DNA of 62,375 bases from a virus (taxonomy: Duplodnaviria; Caudoviricetes). The translations under genes and the position numbers were made by a program. The stretch lies in the IMG/VR virus record IMGVR_UViG_3300025770_000019, positions 1-62,375 of that record, one strand, 5' to 3'. A model generated the notes under the pieces. The model had not been told where the DNA came from. It saw nothing but the letters and a program-made list of their open reading frames with translations, and searched no databases. The first letter of the stretch is position 1. Each line of letters starts with the position of its first letter. Shown piece by piece: positions 29,401-38,414 of this stretch.

Positions 29401-31682
29401 TTTTTAGCCGCCAGTACGGATATGCTGTAGTTACTCATATATCGCTCATGCGCAGTTGTCTGATTGGGTGGTGGCTGAGTTCGGGCTTTGAGTTGCGCTC
29501 GTGCGTTTATACACCATGTGGGCACTGCTACGAACATAGAGGTGTTAACCACGCCGCCGTACCCATCAGCAAACGAGAACGCTGCCAAACTAAGCGATGC
29601 TGAAGATGCGTATGATATCCACGTCCCAAGGTTACTTTGAAAGTCCACCTGAATGTATATTTCTGCGCTACCTTCGTCTGCGTTACCGCCCCAAACTGGC
29701 CCACCACCAAACTGCACGCGGCCTTGGAGAATTGCATGTGTTGGCCCAGTCGTTATAGCCCACCCACCCATGTCTACTACGCTGCCAATGTTGTTCCATG
29801 CCCCCGTAGAGTTGTAGCCGAGCCACCCACCAACACCGACAGGCACCGTGACTGCGTTGTCGCCTATCTTGAGCGTCGTGACTGCGAGCGCGTCGATGTT
29901 AGCTTCTTTGACGGCAAGCACTGCTATCTTGGCGGTGGTGACTGCAAGGTCTTCCATCTGGGCTGTGCCGACAGCGAGATTTCCGATAGCTGCCTGCCCT
30001 ATAGCAGCGTTGGCTAAGTACGTGGTGAAGTTGGCTGGTGTTATCTGCGAGAGGAATGCGAACCCTTTTAGCTGGTTATCGAATCCAAAGAAATTTGTGT
30101 AGGAGGCATCTGTGAACTTGTACCCACCACTGCCGTCATCCTCGAAAGTGAGGTCTAGCTCATCCTGTGCAGCCTGTGCAGCCTGACCAGCTACGTCAGC
30201 GGTATTCTGCGCAACGCCAGCGACTTGCCCTGCGGCTTCGGCTTCTTGTTGTGCGGCGTCTGCTGCTAACTGCGAGTTACCCGTAGCCAAGTTCATGGCA
30301 TCCAGCACTGTCTGGATAGACGACTGCACCAATGTGCTATCGTAGCCTGAGTCAGACGCTAATAGAATGTCCCCACCCGGCCCACGTATGATGAAAGTGC
30401 CATTATCGACATCGAAGGAAAACCCCGGTGTGCCGACACCATAGCCAACCGATTGCAGGGTTTCTCTTATAAGAGCAGCGTTGATGGTTACACGCCCGTT
30501 CAGAAGTTCTAGCGCAGGAGTAGTCGACCCGAAGCTACGTATTATAAGTTGGGGCTGCGTACTGGTGTATGTAACATTGCCGTCTTCGTCTATGTTCTCT
30601 GTCTGCCCAAGATTAAGAAAGAAGCCAGACCCGGCCTGTGAGTTAGTGAAATTGTAAGACGCTATCTCGCCAGTGCGTATAACGGCTGCGTCAAGGTTCG
30701 CTATCTTACCCGTGGTAATGGAGGCGTCGACTATGTTGGCGAAGTCGATTGCTGCTTCGCCTATCTTGGCGTTGGTTATTGAGGCGTCTTGTATGAACGC
30801 TGACTTAATGTACACACCGGGCGGCACTTCTACGTCGCCAATCATAGTCGGCGTAGTCTGAATGATGAACGGAACACCGTCGAACGCTCCCCACGCACCG
30901 TCGGTATATAGCTTGTACTCGCCCGTATCACTGTTGCGCCAGATATGCCCTTCCACGCCTGTCGGCTGACCCGGCTGGTTATAGTTGGGCGGTGACATCA
31001 GGAAGAAGCGGTTAACGAGTATGCCGAACTCTGTAGTAGTGTCCCCTGTGTCACTGGTAACTGACGCAAGTCCAAAGCCGTTGGCTAAGCCGTTAGCGTC
31101 AACCGTCACCATATAGTTTTCGGCAACGCCGTTCGTTAAGTTGTTCAGGTCTTCTGTAAGCTGGCTCTGACTTATCTGGTCAGTAAGCTCGCTCAATAGC
31201 TCTGTGACGTCGTACGCAGTTTGTGCAGACACCGGGCCGCTGTAAGCGCCGTACACGTTGTTTATGTTTCTGAACCGCACCCAGTAAAAGTACTCGGCGT
31301 TAGTACCGACGTAATCGGAGAACACTGACACATGCCCAGTAAGCGTAGCGATAAGTATCGCGTTGCTGAAGTCGTTATCAACTGACCGCCACACTTCAGT
31401 AGCGCCGTGGCCGTAGTACGTAGGCGTCGTCCACGTTAGCGTTATGAACTCGAACCCTGATGTGGCGGTAAGCCCCACCGGGGTCTCAGGCGTGAACACC
31501 GGCACATCAGAATCACTGTCAGATATGGCACTAACAGCGTCAGTAACTGTAGACGTAAGTTGACTCTCGCGTACCAGCGGATCACCTGCACTGGCGTTAA
31601 GCGCCTCACGAACGCGGTCAAGGAACAGCCGTAAGTCAGGGGGTATCGTAGACGAAACAGTCGGCAGCGAGTCGTTAGGCAC
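29397..31682 (-). CDS. Tail/host-specificity protein (FN3-like and DUF1983-like regions)
   Basis: YFYWVRFRN, GVYIKSAFIQDASITNAKI and pentapeptide-like AxxTAKI repeats. Confidence 0.8.
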   Translation of the reverse strand: MPNDSLPTVSSTIPPDLRLFLDRVREALNASAGDPLVRESQLTSTVTDAVSAISDSDSDVPVFTPETPVGLTATSGFEFITLTWTTPTYYGHGATEVWRSVDNDFSNAILIATLTGHVSVFSDYVGTNAEYFYWVRFRNINNVYGAYSGPVSAQTAYDVTELLSELTDQISQSQLTEDLNNLTNGVAENYMVTVDANGLANGFGLASVTSDTGDTTTEFGILVNRFFLMSPPNYNQPGQPTGVEGHIWRNSDTGEYKLYTDGAWGAFDGVPFIIQTTPTMIGDVEVPPGVYIKSAFIQDASITNAKIGEAAIDFANIVDASITTGKIANLDAAVIRTGEIASYNFTNSQAGSGFFLNLGQTENIDEDGNVTYTSTQPQLIIRSFGSTTPALELLNGRVTINAALIRETLQSVGYGVGTPGFSFDVDNGTFIIRGPGGDILLASDSGYDSTLVQSSIQTVLDAMNLATGNSQLAADAAQQEAEAAGQVAGVAQNTADVAGQAAQAAQDELDLTFEDDGSGGYKFTDASYTNFFGFDNQLKGFAFLSQITPANFTTYLANAAIGQAAIGNLAVGTAQMEDLAVTTAKIAVLAVKEANIDALAVTTLKIGDNAVTVPVGVGGWLGYNSTGAWNNIGSVVDMGGWAITTGPTHAILQGRVQFGGGPVWGGNADEGSAEIYIQVDFQSNLGTWISYASSASLSLAAFSFADGYGGVVNTSMFVAVPTWCINARAQLKARTQPPPNQTTAHERYMSNYSISVLAAKK

Positions 31683-33342
31683 TTGCTATTTCCTCACCAG
31701 ACTGTGCTAACACTACGTTGAAAACTTCTTTGTCCCCCACCAGTTCGATCTCCCAATCTCTAGCGAGTATAGAAGGTAGCCTAAACATCACACGGCTAGT
31801 GACCGTCCCTGAGTGTAGCGACGCCCCGTCAGCGAACACCTCGAAGTCCAACGGGTACGACTCCGCCTCCACCTGCATAAACCCGAAACTAACTTCTCTC
31901 GGCAGCGAAAACTTCTTAGACTTCCACGTGTACTCAGACGCAGCGCCGTCACCCCACGCAACGATGCTATTAGCATCATCTACTATGTATAGCTTATCTA
32001 GCCGCAGGTCAGCGAACGCCGCCGTAACTCCAGTGAGGTCAAGCGTCACGGTCTGCCCCGACGGTACGTCGATGATGATCGCGCCGGTAGAGTGGAAGCC
32101 GTAGTACTTCAGGTCGTGCGAGTAGCCGTAAACTGAACTGGGGTCGAGCAGATCGTTCCACTGCTTGTAAGTGAACATAGCCTCCGTTTCGATCACAGAC
32201 CCGCGAGGGCTAACAGAGACTAGCCCGTCAGGGCTGGTGTAGTACACCTTGCCGTTGAGCACTTCAATGCTGCGTTTAGACACACACCCCTGCTCGATAT
32301 CGCCCTCAACCACAGTCATAAGCGCCGGAGTACTGCCCTGTATAAAGTATGGGCGTTCGTTAGTCAGCACCACCAACGTAGTGTCTACCGCAGCCATGCC
32401 GATAATAGGACTGTTGACTGTCAGCGCATAATTAATGGGCCACGCATGAGGAACATAGGGTTCGCAGAAATATACGTCGCGGCCTACAAACCCAGCGACG
32501 ATACCGTTCGCCATGTTGGTCAGCCCCTTCAAGCCGGGGGGTGGTACGTCCCACGTTATGCTGGCTATTTGCTCCCCGAGGACGTTCGCCTCCACGTTAT
32601 CTACGAACGTCTGCTGCGTGACAGGGATTTCGTCAACGAGTAAGAACGTCCCGGCTATGGAACGGTATATGCGCTTAGTCACTTCGACGGACGCCATGCC
32701 GACGTCGGGAGCGCCTGTGGTCAGCGTGTCAATAGTTATCACGCTGTCGGACTCTATGTAGAACTCAACTATGTTTGCGGCCGCAGGAGACGGCGCGGAC
32801 TCCATAGTGCGGCCTGCCTTAGCCCACACATAGGTATACACGTAGGTGCGGTATTCTACCGTTAGTCCGTCAGTTTCCGAGGGGGGTGTTATTGATGCCA
32901 CCGGCGCTAGGGTTGGCTTAGGTACGCCTAGGTTGTATGAGTTTGACGCGCCGTGCAGCGTGCCATGTAAGCTCCCGCCTCCGGACGGAGTGACGAACTC
33001 ATTGTATGTAAACTGCGGTACGAGGAAGTTGTCATCGTTGTCGGTGAAGTAAACAACTTCGTAGTCGTCCCCGATTATCTGCCCACGACAGAAGTCGACA
33101 TCGTTAACAGACGCCATCCACCACGTACCGTCTTCGACGGTGTAGTCCTCGTTGTAGCGGAACAGCGTCTTAGGGTCGATGCCTAGTGTGTATAGGGGGC
33201 TGCCGTAGCTGTATGTAGGCTGCAACGGGCCGCGTCGAGTAGTGTCTACGTTGAGTGCTGTCTGCGACCTATCTTCCGGCAAGTACCGCGCACTCGTCCG
33301 TGGGGAAATCCCACCGAATTTTGATACTTTCAACGCTACCAC
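31675..33342 (-). CDS. Tail nozzle/stabilisation protein
   Basis: FGGISPR, YVYTYV...ESAPSP, FCEPYVPHAWP, GCVSKRS, WKSKKF; AGGAG SD. Confidence 0.8.
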   Translation of the reverse strand: MVALKVSKFGGISPRTSARYLPEDRSQTALNVDTTRRGPLQPTYSYGSPLYTLGIDPKTLFRYNEDYTVEDGTWWMASVNDVDFCRGQIIGDDYEVVYFTDNDDNFLVPQFTYNEFVTPSGGGSLHGTLHGASNSYNLGVPKPTLAPVASITPPSETDGLTVEYRTYVYTYVWAKAGRTMESAPSPAAANIVEFYIESDSVITIDTLTTGAPDVGMASVEVTKRIYRSIAGTFLLVDEIPVTQQTFVDNVEANVLGEQIASITWDVPPPGLKGLTNMANGIVAGFVGRDVYFCEPYVPHAWPINYALTVNSPIIGMAAVDTTLVVLTNERPYFIQGSTPALMTVVEGDIEQGCVSKRSIEVLNGKVYYTSPDGLVSVSPRGSVIETEAMFTYKQWNDLLDPSSVYGYSHDLKYYGFHSTGAIIIDVPSGQTVTLDLTGVTAAFADLRLDKLYIVDDANSIVAWGDGAASEYTWKSKKFSLPREVSFGFMQVEAESYPLDFEVFADGASLHSGTVTSRVMFRLPSILARDWEIELVGDKEVFNVVLAQSGEEIASA

Positions 33343-33351
33343 GGTTGTCTC

Positions 33352-33903
33352 CTAAATTTGTATCCGGTTAGCTACCCACCCGTATAAGAACGATTCGTCC
33401 TTCTCTCGCTGTTCAACTAACGACAAGTAGAACGCACCCTGTACGCAGTTTAGCAGCTTCAGTAATACGTGCGAATCCCTGTGTGTCAGATACCCACCCA
33501 AAGCCGTGAGTGTGCCGCTGCCTATTACTCCATCAGCCTCGATGTCATCATAGAACCCCTGTTTGTTGTTCAGCCCGTTAAGGCACACCTGCAAGAACAT
33601 ACCTGCACGGTGCACACCAGTGTTAACCGCAGTGTCGAACACTTCCATAGCGATGTTGGGGCTTAGCTTTAGGATTACGTCACCGTTAATCTTATCCCAA
33701 TACTCTTTGGTGTATACGTACACAGCTACGTCTTGAGGCATAGCAGTCATGTCACCCTTGTAGCCGTACTGCCTTGCGACGGCTTCAGTAACGCCGAACT
33801 TAGTCGCGCCGCCTGAGTCGTCGCTGTGGTTAGAGTACCCACCCTCAATGCCTATTACGTCGGCTATGATGCCCTCACGTGTTGTTGCGTAGGCACTACT
33901 CAT
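33352..33903 (-). CDS. Endolysin, glycoside hydrolase family 108 with peptidoglycan-binding domain
   Basis: EGGYSNHSDDSGGATKFGVT, FDTAVNTG, DGVIGSGT, FLYGWVANRI. Confidence 0.95.
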   Translation of the reverse strand: MSSAYATTREGIIADVIGIEGGYSNHSDDSGGATKFGVTEAVARQYGYKGDMTAMPQDVAVYVYTKEYWDKINGDVILKLSPNIAMEVFDTAVNTGVHRAGMFLQVCLNGLNNKQGFYDDIEADGVIGSGTLTALGGYLTHRDSHVLLKLLNCVQGAFYLSLVEQREKDESFLYGWVANRIQI

Positions 33904-34339
33904 AGGTCTTTATCCTGTGTGCTTCTGCTTGGTCAGGGCCGGGGGCCATCTTAGACAGTACGTTAACACCGAAGAACATGAACGTAGGTGTCATCTTACG
34001 CCACTTCGGTACGCGTGCTTTGCAGAGGTCAGTAAACCATTGGTCGATGGCACGTTTCAGTTCACGGTCAGTTGTCTCGTCCCTGTCGCGCCCTTCCCAG
34101 TGATAATGCCTCCACCACAACAAGCCATCATGTATAGCACTTGGCACCATCACCCAGTCATGGTCAGGGAAGGCATTAGCACCGTTCCATGCAAACCCAG
34201 ACTTGAGCGTGATTCCTTTGCGGCTGATCTTGATACGTGCGTCTTCGTAAGGGAACCGCAGCTGGATAGGAAACCACTTAGGGAACGGGTAATGTTCCTT
34301 GGTTTCTACGACGTACTTAAACCCTTCACGGACTTTCAT
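33896..34339 (-). CDS. DUF1353-like protein
   Basis: GFAWNGA...PSAIHD motif; ATG 34339. Confidence 0.75.
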   Translation of the reverse strand: MKVREGFKYVVETKEHYPFPKWFPIQLRFPYEDARIKISRKGITLKSGFAWNGANAFPDHDWVMVPSAIHDGLLWWRHYHWEGRDRDETTDRELKRAIDQWFTDLCKARVPKWRKMTPTFMFFGVNVLSKMAPGPDQAEAHRIKTYE

Positions 34340-34523
34340 CTTCTTCCCCTGCGACTTCAACGGCTACAGAAGTTGGCCCGACCTTGCCGTCGCCAATAGA
34401 AAATTCCGGTTTAACTTTAATCAACCCGCCGAGCGCGGATACCTCGAAGCCCATATCAATCGGTGCCATACCAGCACACCCAGTGAGCATCAAACAAGTG
34501 AGTAGTGTAATCATAGTACGCAT
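34326..34523 (-). CDS. Small lipoprotein (possible spanin component)
   Basis: GGAG SD; MRTMITLLTCLMLTGC lipobox. Confidence 0.7.
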   Translation of the reverse strand: MRTMITLLTCLMLTGCAGMAPIDMGFEVSALGGLIKVKPEFSIGDGKVGPTSVAVEVAGEEDESP

Positions 34524-34524
34524 A

Positions 34525-34992
34525 TCAATCTCCGTTGTTAGGGACATATGTAGTTTCGTCGTCGGCGCGGCAGTATTTAACGTAGTGCTTACCATTCTCC
34601 ACTTTGCGCATCAAAATTCTCTGTGTAGTACCCAGTTCCAGTCTGAGTTGCTTTACCTTTTCTCTAAGCGTTTCTACCCCATCTTCATCTTCAGGGCCAC
34701 GTTTCATTGAGGCATCTTCGAACGGTGTCCACTGGTCAAACTGCGAACAAAACGCTGACTGGTGTGCGCTTATTGCGATCTCAGGAGTGTGGCGGCGCTC
34801 CACTGGCTCGGGGGGCGGGAAGTAACGTATGCCTATAGCGACTAACGTCATCGCCAAGAAAATCATGATCGCGTAGTTAGAGGGTATGGCCCACCCATAA
34901 TGCGACGCGAACGGGGCAGCGATGCCCAGCACTAAAACGATCTGCCAGAGTTTCAACCGTTGTAGCAGTTCTGCGATGCTTTTTGCTTCCAC
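34525..34992 (-). CDS. Membrane protein (two N-terminal TM segments; holin or spanin candidate)
   Basis: WQIVLVLGIAAPF and YAIMIFLAMTLVAIGI, C-terminal coiled coil; lysis context. Confidence 0.6.
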   Translation of the reverse strand: MEAKSIAELLQRLKLWQIVLVLGIAAPFASHYGWAIPSNYAIMIFLAMTLVAIGIRYFPPPEPVERRHTPEIAISAHQSAFCSQFDQWTPFEDASMKRGPEDEDGVETLREKVKQLRLELGTTQRILMRKVENGKHYVKYCRADDETTYVPNNGD

Positions 34993-35187
34993 TTACCTGC
35001 GCTCCCATGATCCTTGAGGGTAACACCTGCTCCGCGTCCTTGGATACAGGTCGAAATAGTAACCACCTATCCGACAGTAATCGTAGTGGCTTGTTTGGTT
35101 TATTAAATACATACCGTAGTTGTCTCTGGCCCAGCGCACTCCATGTGCACTCAAGCTGGATGAAAACAGCAGTAGTATTATTGCGAA
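34993..35187 (-). pseudogene. Cryptic 64-codon frame with signal-peptide-like start but no canonical initiation codon
   Basis: FAIILLLFSSSLSA-HGVRW...; TAA abuts the next GTG; fills the gap. Confidence 0.4.
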
Positions 35188-35525
35188 TTCACCTTGGCTT
35201 CTATCGACCGTAAAATTGTAAACATTTGCTCGTGGTCACGTTCGTTTTCTTTTTGCAGCAGCTCGCCTATATCACTGGCTTTAATTACGCTTTGTTCTAG
35301 GAGGTCAATCTGGTGGTTAAGTAGGCTGTGGTTGTGGCGCAGCTCTTGTAGGTCGTCACGGCTGGACTCTGTATGCTCGTAGTGGGCGGCGGGACTAGTG
35401 TCGTGGGTGCCAATAGACGCGTCAGCAATCGTGCTAACCTTCGCAAGAACCACAAAAGAGACTGTGGCAGCTACCATTGCCATTAGGTCTAGCGCATCTT
35501 TTAACACAAACTTCTGCCCAAACAC
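35178..35525 (-). CDS. Membrane-anchored coiled-coil protein
   Basis: AGGAGGT SD; N-terminal hydrophobic helix. Confidence 0.7.
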   Translation of the reverse strand: MFGQKFVLKDALDLMAMVAATVSFVVLAKVSTIADASIGTHDTSPAAHYEHTESSRDDLQELRHNHSLLNHQIDLLEQSVIKASDIGELLQKENERDHEQMFTILRSIEAKVNSQ

Positions 35526-35550
35526 CTGCTACCTCCTAAACTTAAACACG

Positions 35551-36048
35551 TTATGACAAGTCTCTAATGAGTTTGCCTAAAATTATATTGTCTCTTGTTT
35601 CTTGATCCACCGAAGGTATTGCGCCCTCCGCTAACAAGAGATCAACAAATGCTTGATAACCAGAGGAAGAATCGCAGCATTCAATATTCACATTTCTCGA
35701 AGTTAGAAGATGGTATGTAGCCTCAATCTCCGCTTCCGCTGCTGTCCACGTGCCTCTATCAGCAGAAAGGTCTTCAACAAAATATCGAACATCAATAATT
35801 ATCTGACGGCCAAGAACATGTGCTTTCAAAGATTCGCTAGTATGATCTGACCAAAACACTCGCCCTGTGGGTAGCCCTTCACCATCATCACTTGTCAACT
35901 CAAGAGCATACTCTGGGGCCATATCGCCCCACTCATTAACAACGCTTCGGTAGTCGCCTTTTTCACGTATGCCGCTTACTTCGCCAGCAAACAATCCGGT
36001 AAACCGATTGAACTGAACTATTCCTACGGGTCTCTCAAAAATATTCAT
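35551..36048 (-). CDS. Hypothetical protein partnered with the 788-aa protein
   Basis: GGGGA SD, ATGA overlap. Confidence 0.7.
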   Translation of the reverse strand: MNIFERPVGIVQFNRFTGLFAGEVSGIREKGDYRSVVNEWGDMAPEYALELTSDDGEGLPTGRVFWSDHTSESLKAHVLGRQIIIDVRYFVEDLSADRGTWTAAEAEIEATYHLLTSRNVNIECCDSSSGYQAFVDLLLAEGAIPSVDQETRDNIILGKLIRDLS

Positions 36049-38411
36049 GACATAATCCCCACTTCAAATAAGGCTTGTGTGAAAAGGGCTGTGCTTTCAG
36101 GTTTTGATATGAGCAATTTATTTCCTTTTGAAGCAAAATAATTGACAGTGTTTTGCCACTCACCAACGCTACTGTTTACATATGTTTGTTCAATCAGTCT
36201 TATTGGCCCGTTATATTCTAAGAAGGCTATATCTTCCGAGTCCTGAGTTACGGCACCCTGATCACTAATCTTTATATTTTCAACGCGCTGAAGCTCCACA
36301 TGACTCATATCAAAAGTCCCAACTGTAGGTTTAACTTCGTAAGATTCGTTGTCGTAGACCTGACCGCTATCGGCTTGAACTTCTGTGTACTCAGCTCCCT
36401 GATAAAATTCAAGTTCAGGATCAGTTCGTGTTTGCCCGTCTTGCATAGTTGCGTGATCAATAGTCACGTTAGTCGCACTTTCAGTGCAAGAAATAACCGT
36501 ATCAGTTTTTTCAATCGTTCGCAGAATAGTACAGATGTCGCCATTCATATCAGTATCTTCTTCTACTGCTGTTACATCAGGGTTGGTAGTTGTTCCTGCC
36601 GCCCAGTCTGATCCAGACCCGGATTTTTGATGTATTGCTTGACCTAAGTTCTGGGAGGCAGTCGTGGCGCTGGCTCCAATTAAAACTTCTCCGGCTGTTG
36701 GGGTTAATGCCGTTTTAAACGTATAAACAACACTTCCAATTGTTACCGTATCGCCATTGGAAGGCACCCCGGAAAAGCGAACCATATTCATGGCATATCT
36801 GCCCATTGTCGGGGTCTGGGTAACTCTAGCAACGGGCGATCTTGATATTTTTGTACAAGGTCTGGGAGCGCGGAACATTCCTACCGACCTGTCAGGGGTT
36901 GCCGTGCCTGTTATGTCACTGATAAGAACGAATCCGTAACTAAAGTTAGCATCCTCTTTAAGAATAATCGGATGCGGGTGATTCAAGGTATTGGCAATTG
37001 ATCCATAGTTGTTAATGGCGCTGTTTCCCGTGTCAAGCCCGACTATAAGGCCACGAATATCAATTCCTGCTCTGGCCTCACCTTCTACAAAAACATCCCC
37101 GAACCAATACCTTGTACCATTAATGTAATTGCCCAACATGCTAAGAATCTTAAAGGGGGGGTCATCATAAACTCCAGAGTAATTAAGGTTTGAAGGTGTT
37201 ACTGCCTTTTGAACCCCGTTGCCACCCGTAGCAATGTTGTTGTGGGCAAAAACATCAATCATCCGGCTTTTAACTTCGTCAATATAAATTAACCTGCCTT
37301 TATTTTCGAGAGAACTGTTGCTTGGTTGGTGAAAGTATCCACCCCCTTCTCCCATCAGTCCATATCTGATAGTTATTACCGGAAAGGAAGTCACAATTTC
37401 ACGAATTTGGCTCACATGCCATAGTGTTCCATCATGCTCCATTCTATAAAGCCGCATGTTCGCCTTTGAATTGGCACCAGATCCTGACCCTGTATTTCCT
37501 GTAACGTCTTTACCTTTATTATTTAACGAGGCGTAATGAAGTAAATAAGTAACGTTTAGATTATCAGGGTCTACAAAGTAACAAGTATCACTGGAGTCAG
37601 TAGTGATATTACTTGGCCTGCCCCACGTTTGAACAGTTGCCGCTGCGGTCGTTGCAGTTTCAACGCTGTCAACACTGAAGCCTGCTGTGTCGTAATCAAA
37701 AAAGGAGTAATTAGTACTGTTTTTAAAATATATCCTTTCGTTATCCGTATCGACTCTATAAACCTGAGCTTCGGTAGAGTGTTGAGGCGATATGACGCAA
37801 ATGTTTGTACTTGTTATAGCAAAATCAGCTTTAGCAACTCGAAACATTCTTACATAAGTTGAATTAGCATTCAGAGTAACCATACAAATGTAATACCAAT
37901 AAGACGCATCGTCTTTTAGGTAAGCAGCAAAAACCGCATCTGCCGCGGCGGCGGTGAAAGTACTTTCTCTGTAATCGTAGGTTAGCGCATCAGTGTTTGT
38001 TACGTTTGCTACAGCAACGTAACTCCCTTGAGGGCCGTAACCGGAGCTGGTAGAGTTACCCGCAAACATAAATACTGCATCCTGACCCGGGATTTGATGC
38101 GTAAAAGATAGTTTTGCGTTCAAGTTCAACGTAGTGGTGCTTGGATCACCCCAAGCATAGGGAAGGTCAATAGGGTCAGGAGCGTGAGTCAAAGACTTTA
38201 GATATTCGTCCTGAATACCTTCTGGAGTTGCATAATCTTCTGTCGCGGTCCGAACTCTAGGGCAATGAACATTCCAAGGGACAAGCCTCGAATTGCCCTC
38301 AGAGTCAACCCCAAGAAAAATCTGCGTACCCTGATCTAACTCAAAGTTCGGCAGGCTCACTGCTTTCTTTTTTATTGCTTTCTTTGCTGAACCTGATCCT
38401 AAAACTGCCAT
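36045..38411 (-). CDS. Putative receptor-binding or fibre-associated protein (788 aa)
   Basis: Beta-rich composition, follows the long fibre gene; GDTVTIGSVVYTFKT structural repeat; visibly AT-richer codons. Confidence 0.6.
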   Translation of the reverse strand: MAVLGSGSAKKAIKKKAVSLPNFELDQGTQIFLGVDSEGNSRLVPWNVHCPRVRTATEDYATPEGIQDEYLKSLTHAPDPIDLPYAWGDPSTTTLNLNAKLSFTHQIPGQDAVFMFAGNSTSSGYGPQGSYVAVANVTNTDALTYDYRESTFTAAAADAVFAAYLKDDASYWYYICMVTLNANSTYVRMFRVAKADFAITSTNICVISPQHSTEAQVYRVDTDNERIYFKNSTNYSFFDYDTAGFSVDSVETATTAAATVQTWGRPSNITTDSSDTCYFVDPDNLNVTYLLHYASLNNKGKDVTGNTGSGSGANSKANMRLYRMEHDGTLWHVSQIREIVTSFPVITIRYGLMGEGGGYFHQPSNSSLENKGRLIYIDEVKSRMIDVFAHNNIATGGNGVQKAVTPSNLNYSGVYDDPPFKILSMLGNYINGTRYWFGDVFVEGEARAGIDIRGLIVGLDTGNSAINNYGSIANTLNHPHPIILKEDANFSYGFVLISDITGTATPDRSVGMFRAPRPCTKISRSPVARVTQTPTMGRYAMNMVRFSGVPSNGDTVTIGSVVYTFKTALTPTAGEVLIGASATTASQNLGQAIHQKSGSGSDWAAGTTTNPDVTAVEEDTDMNGDICTILRTIEKTDTVISCTESATNVTIDHATMQDGQTRTDPELEFYQGAEYTEVQADSGQVYDNESYEVKPTVGTFDMSHVELQRVENIKISDQGAVTQDSEDIAFLEYNGPIRLIEQTYVNSSVGEWQNTVNYFASKGNKLLISKPESTALFTQALFEVGIMS

Positions 38412-38414
38412 ATC

